NCBI GenBank assembly: GCA_002633005.1
Contig: NMRA01000115.1
Span: 432,104 to 496,103 of the forward strand
Reading direction: 5' to 3'
DNA: 64,000 nucleotides
DNA from: Phoronis australis
Lineage: Eukaryota; Animalia; Phoronida
Part shown: positions 13,213 through 24,558 of the stretch, piece after piece
How the letters are laid out: the number at the start of each line of letters is the position of its first letter
Numbering within the stretch: position 1 is the first letter of the stretch
Translations under genes and position numbers: made by a program
The notes under the pieces: generated by a model
The model's database searches: none
The model's input: only the letters and a program-made list of their open reading frames with translations
What the model was told of the DNA's origin: nothing

Positions 13213-14756
13213 CTTAATGGCAATTTCGGTTTTCTATATGTATGCCTCTATATACCAAGTTTTTTATGTATTTTCGTGCAATATGGTATATTTGCTTCTG
13301 TTGAGGAAACGAGAACAAACTGCTATTTTCGGCTGGATTTAAAATATTCTGTGCCACCCAAGATTATTATTTCTGGCAGCAGCCTCTCTGTCCTTGAAAT
13401 TGCTTGGAGGATATCTCTGAAATTTTGCTCATGTGTTCCTATTGAGATGATCACGACTGACAGGTTTTCTGATGGGTGCAATCACCGAGACGCCCGGAGT
13501 GGCAATTTGTTTGTTTATCTGCGCGGCAATATTTACAAAGTTTTGTTGATGAATCTGGGTGCAATATGATGTATGTGTTACATTACTGAGAAGAGTATGC
13601 CCGGCATAAATTTTAGGACATGTCTGAGTGCTGTGGCGTCCTCTAGCGGTTCTGTATCAACCAAGTATCTTGATGTATGGAAATTGGCAAGAATATGACA
13701 GCGATTGTCTTATTTCAGGCGAATATAATGTATGCTGCACCACTTAGAGGTCTTTTATTTTTTATATAACATATTATTAACATCCCTGGAAGCATACTGC
13801 CAGAGGACTTTCCGTGTTTCCTGTTTTTGTACGGTGTTGACAAAAATGCATTATGATGTAGACTATGGTTTCATTTTTACTTCTTTTGATCAAAGATCTC
13901 GATACCCAAACCTTAACGTTCACAACCAGCTTTAACACCCACACTTGTGTAATACACATATGCAGTATAATCAATTTATAGGTGGAAAACTAAAGTGTCT
14001 TATCCATAGCTCGATGTCAACCATGACCAAAGGCTGCGTTGTATAAATTTCCTGTGTAATAAATACTGCACTGATGTGATTTTATATGTGTTGCAAGTCA
14101 GAATTTCCATGAGTATTAGATAATAAAACACTTACGTTCCCCGATACCTTACGTAACATAATTTGCCATTTTCGTAGTCTGTATTTTTAATTCATAGCAC
14201 CACTGCAATTACCGCTTTTGAAATTCTGGATCTCTGGTAGTGGCTTACATCTGATGCCCAGATTAACCAATGACATTCCTATCCCTTTGTAGTATTTTTA
14301 TGTACATCTCGAATTCATATTGTGTTAGGGATGTTCTATAATCACGGTTGAAATCTTCTGGTCCATTCTCACCTGAACCTGCAATGCTTCATCGAATCTA
14401 AGTTTCACTCCTTTACTTTGCAATCGTCATCACTAAAATGGAAGTCCCGGTGATAATTGTAAATACAACTGGCTGAAACGTTGCTTCAAGAACTGTTGAG
14501 TGGAGATTGGCAAAATCACTCCTATAGAAATAGCATTGGATAGTTAGCCAAAAATGTAGGATTTCTCAAAGTCACACGCTTGGGCGCACTCTAAAATATT
14601 TACTTGGCACTGCGTAATGAGTACAACTTGTTCAACAGAAGGTTCATTTTTCCGACTCGGTAAACCGGTGCGCCATCTGATGAACAGCAGAAAAATTACT
14701 AATCGGAAGATTTTTACCTTTACAGGATCAGTGCTCCCCGTGGGTCTTCCATACAA

Positions 14757-17000
14757 AGGAGAATGCCACCCGATTTAATTAGTCTTTTTTGCCGTCTTAA
14801 TCGGTCTATAACCACTTCGCCTCGTATACGGTCGACCTTACCTTGCCAAGAGGTGTCGCGTTAACCTGTGAGGAAGGTGAGAAACGACGATAGCGACGTC
14901 AGTGGTTCATATGCAGAGTGAATGCCCCTATATTGCGGTGCATCGTTCCCGCTTGTCCGGACTAAGCAGCTGAGAGGAAAGCGTGAATATCGTTTTTTTT
15001 TACTTCCTCGAGAGTCCGAAATGCTTAGGAAATGGCTCATGGTAGTGAAGCATGAAATGTACGTTCTAAATAGCAAGTATGAGGCCGTGAAACATCTCCG
15101 TGTCTGTGGCCTGCAGACGTCGACAGTGCCTGACGTATGCCGGCTTACCAAATACTTGAACTCCATACGTTCCGTTGTCCGAGCTTGTTCACGGCGCCTC
15201 TCCAGTATTTCTCCATCACCGTATTCCTGTTCGAATTGATAGCCTGTAAAACTTAACGATCCACCTGCGAAGTCGTGACTGATGAGCTCTAGCTCGTCCT
15301 AAGTCGGGATTGCGAGTTGCCATGTTGGCGTTCATTACTGAGCGTTCTGTTTCAAAATGAATTATTCTCACCCTAACCAGTACTTATATAAAACTGAAAC
15401 AAAGTCTGTCTCATTAGATGCAGTTTGTAAGGCCTTTGGAGTGGTCGTGAGAAGCCAGCAATGAATAAATCACTGCGTTACCGGCTTTAGGTGCCATGAC
15501 GGCGACATCCCGTTGTTCCCAACTTGTTCGATTCTATATCCCAACAACAAGTTGGGAAATTTACCCTCGTAGCCAATATCTTACACGACTGATTAACTCC
15601 ATTCTGGCATTTATGGTTGGAGTGCCTGCTCTCTTTTGTTCGATAATTGCTCTAATCTCCGATCAGATGGTATCTAGCCTGATTGGGTTGGGCTGATAAA
15701 AATGAAAGTTAAGTTATAACATATTTGAGCTTTAACCAATAGCATTTCTGAACTCCTCGTCGAATGCTGATCGTGTTCCTTTTTTGAATCACCAAAATCG
15801 CCCAACTACAACAAAAGTTAAGACAATCTATTCTGTCCAAACGGATTACCAACATCACTTTGGGTTTGACTATGTTTATACGCGTTCGGTAATAGCGTGC
15901 AACCAAGAAACGTTTCCTTTGAAGCCTGGGAGATAGTTGGCCTGCTTGTTATCATACGGGACAAAAGACTGAGCTGGGCAGTTAACAAAAGAGCTAGATG
16001 TTATCGCACGGCGGCTGGAAAAGTTACTGAACAACAGAACGCTGTAATGCAATAAAACTAATTGACGGGACACCTACAGTAGGCCGTGTGAGCTCATGGT
16101 AATTTAGTGTTAGCTGGCAGAAACTGTTGTGAAACAACTCGATTTCCATCCCACGGGCAGGTGTTAGGGGAATCTTTATTTACATTTACATTACTCAAAT
16201 AATGATTGTCAATGTACAACTTCCGCCTTGACAGTGCTGTGGCCAAAGCGGAACCTGAATTCGCGGCCCCCGACGAGTAAGTAGATTTGCAGTTTCGTAT
16301 CTAATGAATGATTCACCAACATAATCAGGTGCACATTACTTTGGCTCACTTGTATAGTATTTTGTTGACTGGAAGTTTAGTTACCACTGAACTTTGGCTG
16401 GTTTATGTTCGTGATGTCTGATAAGTTTCCGAGCCACTGGCGGGTATAACGCGGAGTCAATATCCGGCCGGCCGCGACGGGCCTGATCGGGCTCCGAGCC
16501 ACTGGCTAGGCTAACAAGCGTTTTGTGTTTAGAACTCAAAAAAACACAAGTCTAAACAACACAGATCTAGGTTCTCCTGTCTGTATCTCACGGAAAATAC
16601 TTCGAAATTATCTCCGAACAGACCCCAAACTCCTGCTACGGACCTTATTAGCCTGCCGAACTTTGCAGGCTACGGTGTGTCCAAATACCAATAAATCCGT
16701 AAAGAGCGAAATAAAACAACACGTTTTTATAAGAACTCGGTGTATTTTTAAGGGTTTTACATCGAAGTTTGACGATTTATTGGTGTTAAACAATGAATTC
16801 AAGCGATAAGCTGAGACCAGTAACCTGTGTTGTGAACTGCTGAACAGACTGCGTGTGAAACCGATGACGTCATTGGATAATTTCAACACCTCCGTCTGCC
16901 GTCAGGTGTCAGGTAACGCAACCGTACGTGTCGTTATGGAGTAGAACTACTCGATCTAAATTGATACAAATTAGGTTGTTTTTTTGGGTGGCATGCTCCT
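14757..17000 (+). mobile_element. Non-autonomous Kolobok-like element with THAP remnant, copy A
   Basis: TIR AGGAGAATGCCACCC / GGGTGGCATGCTCCT followed by TTAA at 17001 (left flank is ACAA). THAP-like remnant from 14922 (MP..C...FF.LP...RKWL...LRVC). Diverged inverted copy at 57869-59843. Confidence 0.75.
15495..16049. mobile_element. Unclassified CAT...ATG module with 1-bp TSD (C), in copy A
   Basis: Absent at the equivalent site of copy B (~59062-59078). Imperfect ~30-bp TIRs; 13-bp hairpin at 15516-15558; carries ~275 extra bp (~15716-15991) relative to the copy at 58567. Confidence 0.75.
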
Positions 17001-18395
17001 TTAAAAGGTTTGGTTAGCAATAACCATTCAATCAGGTATGATTTTTGGCTTGCCTCGTGTTAATATACGTTCCTATTTTTGGGAACCACTACGTTACTAG
17101 ACGTCACGCAGACATTACAGGACCGACAATTGCCATTGTTTTGAGGCCGTAATTTCAGATTTAATTGTAAAGTTTTGAGTACTAGCCGAAAGAATTTTAA
17201 TGTAATTCAGATGTCAAGCTTTGAATAACCTTAACGATCTTGTTGACATCGTTTTTGTTACTCATAAATCTTTAGAACTGTGTTGGTTTGTTAATGAGAG
17301 TGTGACAGAAATGACGAACAGTACGACCGATATCAGCAAAGTGGGTGGTTTCAATCAAAGCATGCAGGACACACAGGTCGCTGTCCACGAATGTTTTAAT
17401 AGATATGTACTCTAAAAAGGCTCAGCTTTCACATCTAGTATGTTACTTTTCTGAGTGTTTTTGCGCGGTAAAAGAAATAACGATCGAATAAAGGGCATTT
17501 CCACCAATTACACAGCTTGACTCAGGTGTGTTGAACAAGTAACAAAAGTAGCTAATTTACGAATACGTTTCAACTATGAATTTTACATTTTCATGTAGAC
17601 AGAAGTTGTGTTTATTCAGTATGTCATTCTTAGTTTCTGTTAATTTGTCGTTTTTGCACAGTGATGCAACAAAAATGCTAAAATTTGATGGTTTCCGAAG
17701 CCACAACTAGCCAAATATTTCGAGGGGGCAGTTTTCTGTGAAGAAGATATTTTAAATAAATTACTTTAGGTGTTGACCATTCCACCTAAGAGTAAAACTA
17801 AGCTATATTGCAAAAAAATCCGTGACATGTCATGTTCCCGCATCTGCCTGACTTTCTCATGCAGTGACTTTTAAGCACTTTTAAGTCAAAAATTTTTGAG
17901 AAGGTTAAATGGATGGAGTAGATGGTTGCAACCAACATGCCCAAGTGGCCTTCATCCCCTGGCGTAATCCTGGGATAGGAGGAACCTCTTCTCAATTTTT
18001 TGCAAACATTAATTACTTACGTAGCTTCAATTGTAATTAAATTAAAGTACCTAAGTGACCAGCGTCCCCGTTGTAATTAGAGGACCGTGGAAGCCACTGT
18101 CCATTTCATCAAACATTGATTACCTTCAGTGTAAATCGATTGACTATGGTATGAGCATCTGAGTTAAAAAATAAATTTCAATCACTGTACTGGTATATCA
18201 GCTGATTTATTTTCAGTTGCATCAACTAATCTAATTATTAGTTGATCAACATTTTAGGCGACTGATCTGACGGCATGTAAATTTGTTTGGATGGTGGTGG
18301 ATCAGTTCCTGATAAGTCAGTCTGAAAAATTTGCATGCCAACTCACTCATTGTTAAATGTTAAATAAATCTTAACAGTTCGGGTTTTTTTTCAGT

Positions 18396-19187
18396 TGGAT
18401 TTGTATCGCAAGCAACAGCTCAGTCCAGGGCCCTGAATATGAAAATGAAATTCAAAGATAAAGACCTTGTATCTTAGAAGCCAAGTACCACAGATTATCA
18501 TGCTATAAAAAATAGAAAGACAAAGATTGTGAATAGTGACAAATCCACAGTTTCCAGAGATGTTTTCCTACGGTTTTGTCTGGAGTTCATTGAATCAAAG
18601 CTTCTAACACATGGAGATGTCATTTGCCTTTTTTCAAAACTAAAGCAAGACTTTGAAGCTGTTCTTCAGAAAGCTGGTATGCAAGTTATTTGGACAGGCA
18701 GTCTTAAGAAACACTGTTGAAGCTATTCACTGCTATAGTTTGTGCCCGACTAAAAGATACGAAAGTGAATTGAGGCTTATAGTGTTCAATAATTCACTTG
18801 CTGACTCTAATTAACACAGCCCATTATAGCATACTTTGAATCAAACGTTTGCCCAAATCCTGCCCACCTCCAAACAAGGACTTAGTGTTTGACCCTTCAT
18901 TGCATGCGGGCCAATCGCCAGTGTGCAGTGCTGTACCCTCTCTAATCGACCATAGTTGGCTCCTTGGCGGTGGAGCTTTGCAGTTAAAATGTTTGGCAAT
19001 GCCCGCAGCTCCATTGACAGTACTAAACGATGAATGCTGCAAGTGCAAAAAACATGTGTGCTGGAAACTGAGTTTGTGCTGCAATGCTGGGTCAAACTGT
19101 ACAGAAATGTGCAGCTGTGACAACTGTAGTAACATCAGCAACAGTGACTGCATAACATTGGATAGTTCTTTGACAAGTCAACCCTAA
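18396..19187 (+). pseudogene. Academ-like transposase remnant (middle part joined by deletion to the C-terminal CxC region)
   Basis: DKDL..LEAKYH..CYKK and FLRFCLEFIESKL, then CPP..D...PSLIDHSW....LQLKCLAMPAAP..V....CCKCKK..C....CCNAGSNCTEMCSCDNCSN. Confidence 0.6.
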
Positions 19188-20763
19188 ATAGACCTCCAAC
19201 CCCGTTATTTCGTTTTTTTGTTTTAAAAAGTGAATTTTATTTGTTGATTAAGTCATAGAAAGTACGTACTGTGGTCATTGTCACGTATTTGTCTCGTACT
19301 GCTTGATAAATGCTGTCAGAACAATCTATTATTTTTACAGTCTGTGTGCACATTCACAGAGATCATTCAACTATATTGTTTTTGTACTATAACGTATTTC
19401 TGGTTTATTATGCAATCAAGCTATATTTTACACCATTAGTCAATGGTTCAGTCATTGAGGCACAAATTTTGCCCAGTCTCAAGTGTTTTGGGTTATTTTT
19501 GTTGCCAGACAATGCCAGAATAACCTCCTAGTAACATTCAGACGTAGTTTGCATTTCTGCCACTAGGTGTCACTTTGCATTTCACTGTTTACAATTAGTC
19601 TACAATAGTAAAACATGTAATGTGAATGTATTCTTGTTCAATACAATGACATCGGTGGGTCGATGATACTTATTTTACAAAAAAGATAGCAAAAACTGTT
19701 GTTTTTACAAATACAAGTTCTCTAAGCTCTATAATGGTTATTATGCAACTTCAAACTCAAATTTCTCAAAAATGTGCAACTCTAAACGTGGGAACTTTTT
19801 AGATTTTGAAAACACTCCAGTAAATGAATTAAAAAAACACCAAATTAAAATTGCCCCCCTAAAGTATTCACAAAAATCATTTTCTAGAAGCCCTACAAAT
19901 TCTGGCCAACCGCCTATATTGGTTTTCGGTTTAATGTAAGCTATATTAAACCTGCCTATTTTCTATGACTATTTTGCACTCTTAGCACTGTATACAGAAT
20001 GCACCAAAATTATCATATTTTTGACGGACATCAGTAAACTATCAGATATCTTAGGTGAAATTACTTCTGAATCTTGCTGCGTATTTATCACATCCCTAAC
20101 TGCCGGTCTTGTATTGGATAAACCAGGGCGATAATTTTCCAAAATCCACTAGGGCTCTAGATAACGGGGGATAACGAATTCGCCATGTAATAATCTATAT
20201 TTATTACATGATAACAACGATGAACTTGTAACATTTCCTGAAAACACTTAAATAACAACACTATTTAACATTGGAGTTACCGAGGAATCGGCGCCTGAGT
20301 TGCAGATGATATAATATTTAGCAAATAAAGCCGAGACAGCACTTTCATATAATTAACAGTTTTGTACTATATGTTACGTTTAAGACCTCATTGCATGTTG
20401 AGTGTGCCGTATTGCACTAGACTGATTCAACGTGTATGGGATAAATATAAGTACACAGACATACATCTGTCAAAGGCTGTACTCTCTTTTATTTCATTCG
20501 CTTCTCCAGTAATATGGATAAACATGTTTATACTTCGACACGCGGTACACCTCGGATCCGGGTCGCCTAAATTCTGCACGACTATTTTCATGTACATATC
20601 TCATTCTCCAACACATAATTTGTTTTTTTTTTATGTATTTATTATCCTTTACAAAACAATTACAAAAACAAACAAACAAATAAGTACGCCATTCATTCAC
20701 GCATGCACACCTCAGGAAGACCATTTTCATATCTCGTTTAAAGTAAATATCTTCTACATGAAG

Positions 20764-23700
20764 TTAACATGAAACAATAAGTTTTTCCCATTTTGCAGAG
20801 AAGCTGTCATGTACAAAGTTTTTATGTGCATTTAATTTTTCAGCATTATAGTATTCATAAGTTTTTGTAACGAACTTGAGAAAATTAGGTATATTTTTGT
20901 GACATCTCTCTTTGTAAATGTACTGTTTAGCTAGTAGAAGCAAAATGTTAAATAGAAAATCATGCGTCTTGTAAAGTCCAAGAATAACAATATCGTAAGA
21001 CAGACAGTTGGGAAGCTGAATGCCACACTTTTGAAGTAGCTTTTCAAATTCCTTCCAGAAATCTTGTACAAAGCTACATTCCCAAAAAAGGTGTGACAGC
21101 GTCTCTGGAGCTTTATTACAAAAGGAACATAGATCAGAATCCCTAACACATATTTTGACTAAAAAGGTATTTGTTGCAATAATTCTATGTAGTATTCTAA
21201 ATTGGAACCATCCAATATGGGGATCCTTTGTAATTTTGTAAGGTAAAGCATATATTTTCTTCCAATCTAAACTATCTCCTAGCTCTATTTCCCATTTAGA
21301 CTCTGACTTAGGTTTCTTAACGTTATTAAAGACTGAACAAATATGTCTACAACCCTTCAAATCTTTCCGTAAGTGAGTAATTGCTAAAGGCATGCAAGGA
21401 GAGTAGACATTAACACTTATAAATTTACTTTGAAATAGACTTTTTTGAAACCTTTTTAGAACAGAAACAACACCATTATATTCTACAAAGTTGGTTTTCA
21501 CGTCGAACCTATTTTTCATATTGTTTAGACTAACAAAATCACCATCAGAGGTATACATATCTCTAATAAATCTCAAGCCTTTTACAAACCAAGGCTTATA
21601 AAAAACACCTGTGCCTCCGATCGCCAAGTTACTATTAAACCACAAAGGTTGGTTCAAAAAGTCCTCTTTACTTGCAACAATTATTTTCTTGTAGAAAGAT
21701 AACATACTTTCAAATACGTCGCGCCAGTAGGAATTACCAATTAGAGTTAACTTCGACTTAATAAAGTCATCTCCAAATGAAGCAAAATTCTTTAAGAACG
21801 GGTAGAGTGCGTACAGTAATTCACCACTTTTAGACGCAGGGCTTTCCAGATATCTACGGGCCATAGCGAGTTTTAAAGCTTTGCTGAAAGTATGCATATT
21901 AACCATTTGAATTCCCCCTCGATCAAGTCCTAAACAGGCCGTAGTTCGTTTAATTTTATCATTACGGGCCTGCCATACAAATCTAAAAAATGTCGTATTC
22001 AATTCACCCAAGACTTTCACTGATGGATTTGGTAAACTTGACAACAAAAAATTAAGTTTAGAAATAGCTAATGTTTTAATTACCGTTACTCTACCAAACG
22101 GCGTTAAATTTCGTCGACTCCAACTTTTTAGTAAAGACTTGATCTCAGTTATTCTTGCAGTGAAGTTCTTATGCGTCATACTATCCAATTGAGTGTCGAA
22201 ATCCACCCCCAAAAATCTAAAAGATTTTTTTGTCCAAGACAAAATTTCTTTTGTAGGAATCACGTCATCACTACCAGTTTTACTTCCAAACCATATGGCT
22301 TTTGTTTTATCCACATTCACTTGGAGACCGGAGACACTAGCAAACAAATGTAGTACATTCAGTGTGGTAGTCAATGACAAATTCGACCCATCCAACGTAA
22401 TTGATGTGTCGTCCGCATATTGCGAAATCAAATATTCCTTATTCCCAGCAACTACACCAGCAATATTTTTATTATTCTTGATTAAATACGCCAAAATCTC
22501 CGCGCACAATATAAAAATGTAGGGAGACAATGGGTCACCTTGTCTGCAGCCACGTGAAATATTGAACCAAGAAGATGGGTGACCATTTACGACAACACAG
22601 GACTTAATATTACTGTAAAAGACTTTCACCCACCTTCTGATCGACCAACCAAAATTAAGGAACGATAAAGTTTTTTGAATAAAATTCCACGACAATGAAT
22701 CAAATGCTTTCTCAAAATCAATCAGCAAAAGCAATCCAGGTTTGTTAGCTGCCTGGGCATAAAACATTAAATCATATAGCACTCGGATATTTTCGTTCAT
22801 ATTTCTTCCAGAAACGAAACCTGTCTGATCCCTACTGATTACTTTTCCCAAAACGGATTTTAACCGTTCAGCTACTGCCGAAGAAGCCAATTTATATGTC
22901 ACATTGAGCAAGGATATGGGTCTCCAGTTTTTCAAATAATGTTTACTTTTATCTGCTCCCTTAGGGATGCAGGTGATCACTCCCTCTTTCTGTGTTGAGG
23001 ATAACTGGCCAACAGCAAAACCTGTATTAAGTGAGCGAACAACGAAATGTCCAATGTCAGCCCAAAAAAATTTTAAAAATTCCACTGAAAAACCATCAGA
23101 GCCTGGGCTTTTGTTGTTTTTCATTTTTTTCAAGCATTGTGTGACTTCTTCATATGTAAGAAGACCTTCTAATTTTTCTTTTTCTGTCTCATTCAGCTTG
23201 GAGACACAAACATTATCAAGAAGAGTTTTTAAAGAAGTATTGTTAGTATGTCTATATTTGTATAGATTTTCATAAAAAGTTTTGGTTTCCTGAATAACCT
23301 CTTCTTCACTATTGGTTTTAGTATTGTCAGATTTCCACAAAAAAGGCATAAACTTACTTGTGTAATGCCTATTTTCCAAGTGAAGAAAATATTTGGAAGG
23401 CTTTTCACCTTCTTCAATCCATCTTGCTCTCGACCTAGTCATAAGACCTCTTAACTTATTTTGCCTTAGCTCAGCAAGTAAATTATTTTTTTGTTCCAGT
23501 AGTTCCCTGTCAAGGCTTAGACTTTTTTCCAACAAGCTTATTTCTTTGATAAGTTGCTGTTCAACTCTGTCACATTTTCTTTTTAAGTAAGTGGCAAAGG
23601 AAATTGTTTTGCCGCGAATCTCCATCAACAACGTTTCAAGAAAAAGTTGATCATTTATAGACAATTGTAAATCTGAATTACTTGTACTATCAACAGCCTG

Positions 23701-24558
23701 AATGTCGTCAGTCATATATTGTTGTTTAACTAATTTAATAGTATTCTTGACTGCAGCAATATACTCAGAGTTTTTTAGGAGAGAATTATTAAACTTCCAA
23801 AATGATTTTCTCCTCCTGGAAACATCACTTTTAAAAAAAACCGTTACCATTGAATGATCGGAACGGTAACCGAATTCTATTATGGAGTCGTCAATATCAG
23901 CTAAAAGGTTTTCAGAAATTAGAAAAAAATCTAGTCTGGATCGTTTACTTCCAGCTCTCCAAGTATATTCTTTACTACTGGGGTTTAGTTCCCGCCACAC
24001 ATCAACAATAGACAATTCTGTACAAATCTCCATCAACTTAATCCGTGACTTTGGGTTATTAACTTGTCGATAATTAATCGTGTCCTTAGACTGATCGAGA
24101 GCAAGATTAAAATCGCCTGCCCAAATAACAGAGTAATTTCCTATATCTTGAATATCTTGTTTTATTCTTTCAAAAAAAGACGGCGAGTCCCTATTCGGAC
24201 AATACGTATTAATTAACGTAATTCTTGTCTCATTAATAGTAATATCCAAAATTAATTTATTACCATTGTAGTCTTGCCTAATGTTATGTAATTTATACTC
24301 AAAAGTGTTCTTAAAGAGGATCGCCACTCCACGGGAGTTTGAGGAATTTGAATTGAAAAAACATTCATATCCCCACATTGATCTAATATTGTTTTCTTCT
24401 CTCTTAGTAAAGTGTGTGTCCTGTAGGCAATAGATGGAGTATTGTTTTTCTCTTAAATAATTGAGTACATCTTTTCGTTTTTCATGGAGACCCAGCCCTC
24501 TGCAGTTCAATGACGTTACTTTAAGTTCACCTGTCATCATTACAACGGTTATGCACAT
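20764..24558 (-). CDS. LINE ORF2p: AP endonuclease, reverse transcriptase, C-terminal CCHC zinc knuckle
   Basis: 1264 aa: SLNCRGL, CLQDTH, GDFN, SRLDFF, SDH; KSPGSDG, NWRPISLLN, LIDFEKAFD, GCRQGDPLSP, QYADD, FLGV; CSFC...ETLSHLFWEC. The true start may be the downstream Met of MTGELK. Confidence 0.95.
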   Translation of the reverse strand: MCITVVMMTGELKVTSLNCRGLGLHEKRKDVLNYLREKQYSIYCLQDTHFTKREENNIRSMWGYECFFNSNSSNSRGVAILFKNTFEYKLHNIRQDYNGNKLILDITINETRITLINTYCPNRDSPSFFERIKQDIQDIGNYSVIWAGDFNLALDQSKDTINYRQVNNPKSRIKLMEICTELSIVDVWRELNPSSKEYTWRAGSKRSRLDFFLISENLLADIDDSIIEFGYRSDHSMVTVFFKSDVSRRRKSFWKFNNSLLKNSEYIAAVKNTIKLVKQQYMTDDIQAVDSTSNSDLQLSINDQLFLETLLMEIRGKTISFATYLKRKCDRVEQQLIKEISLLEKSLSLDRELLEQKNNLLAELRQNKLRGLMTRSRARWIEEGEKPSKYFLHLENRHYTSKFMPFLWKSDNTKTNSEEEVIQETKTFYENLYKYRHTNNTSLKTLLDNVCVSKLNETEKEKLEGLLTYEEVTQCLKKMKNNKSPGSDGFSVEFLKFFWADIGHFVVRSLNTGFAVGQLSSTQKEGVITCIPKGADKSKHYLKNWRPISLLNVTYKLASSAVAERLKSVLGKVISRDQTGFVSGRNMNENIRVLYDLMFYAQAANKPGLLLLIDFEKAFDSLSWNFIQKTLSFLNFGWSIRRWVKVFYSNIKSCVVVNGHPSSWFNISRGCRQGDPLSPYIFILCAEILAYLIKNNKNIAGVVAGNKEYLISQYADDTSITLDGSNLSLTTTLNVLHLFASVSGLQVNVDKTKAIWFGSKTGSDDVIPTKEILSWTKKSFRFLGVDFDTQLDSMTHKNFTARITEIKSLLKSWSRRNLTPFGRVTVIKTLAISKLNFLLSSLPNPSVKVLGELNTTFFRFVWQARNDKIKRTTACLGLDRGGIQMVNMHTFSKALKLAMARRYLESPASKSGELLYALYPFLKNFASFGDDFIKSKLTLIGNSYWRDVFESMLSFYKKIIVASKEDFLNQPLWFNSNLAIGGTGVFYKPWFVKGLRFIRDMYTSDGDFVSLNNMKNRFDVKTNFVEYNGVVSVLKRFQKSLFQSKFISVNVYSPCMPLAITHLRKDLKGCRHICSVFNNVKKPKSESKWEIELGDSLDWKKIYALPYKITKDPHIGWFQFRILHRIIATNTFLVKICVRDSDLCSFCNKAPETLSHLFWECSFVQDFWKEFEKLLQKCGIQLPNCLSYDIVILGLYKTHDFLFNILLLLAKQYIYKERCHKNIPNFLKFVTKTYEYYNAEKLNAHKNFVHDSFSAKWEKLIVSC

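Larger units (their letters stand above)
8988..17870 (+). mobile_element. Decayed Sola3-like DNA transposon nested in the Academ-like element
   Basis: TTAA|GAGTCACTATATGAGAACGTCA...GGGAACATGACATGTCACG at 8988 and its inverted match CGTGACATGTCATGTTCCC...CTCATGCAGTGACTT|TTAA ending at 17870. Internal remnants: NDIVKYLK...EWELI (~9790), C2H2-like FLCPKDSCNNTF (~11255), GWVLKS...FLTYTFNEGMKAGQK (~12110-12215). TIR and TSD are direct observations; the Sola3 label is from recalled motifs. Confidence 0.65.
7919..19895 (+). mobile_element. Decayed Academ-like DNA transposon split by nested insertions
   Basis: Imperfect ~130-bp inverted ends: TAGG...TTGTGAGTACTTT...AAAAAGTTTCCACGTCTACACTTGCACATTTTT (7919-8047) versus the reverse complement of ~19765-19895. 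Same-strand transposase-like remnants at 8169-8610 and 18396-19187. No TSD recognised. Confidence 0.55.

Noticed and set aside
18849-19187. Cys-rich ORF as a metallothionein or tesmin-like host gene
   Set aside because: Non-ATG start; it fits the C-terminal CxC region of a decayed transposase inside inverted ends.
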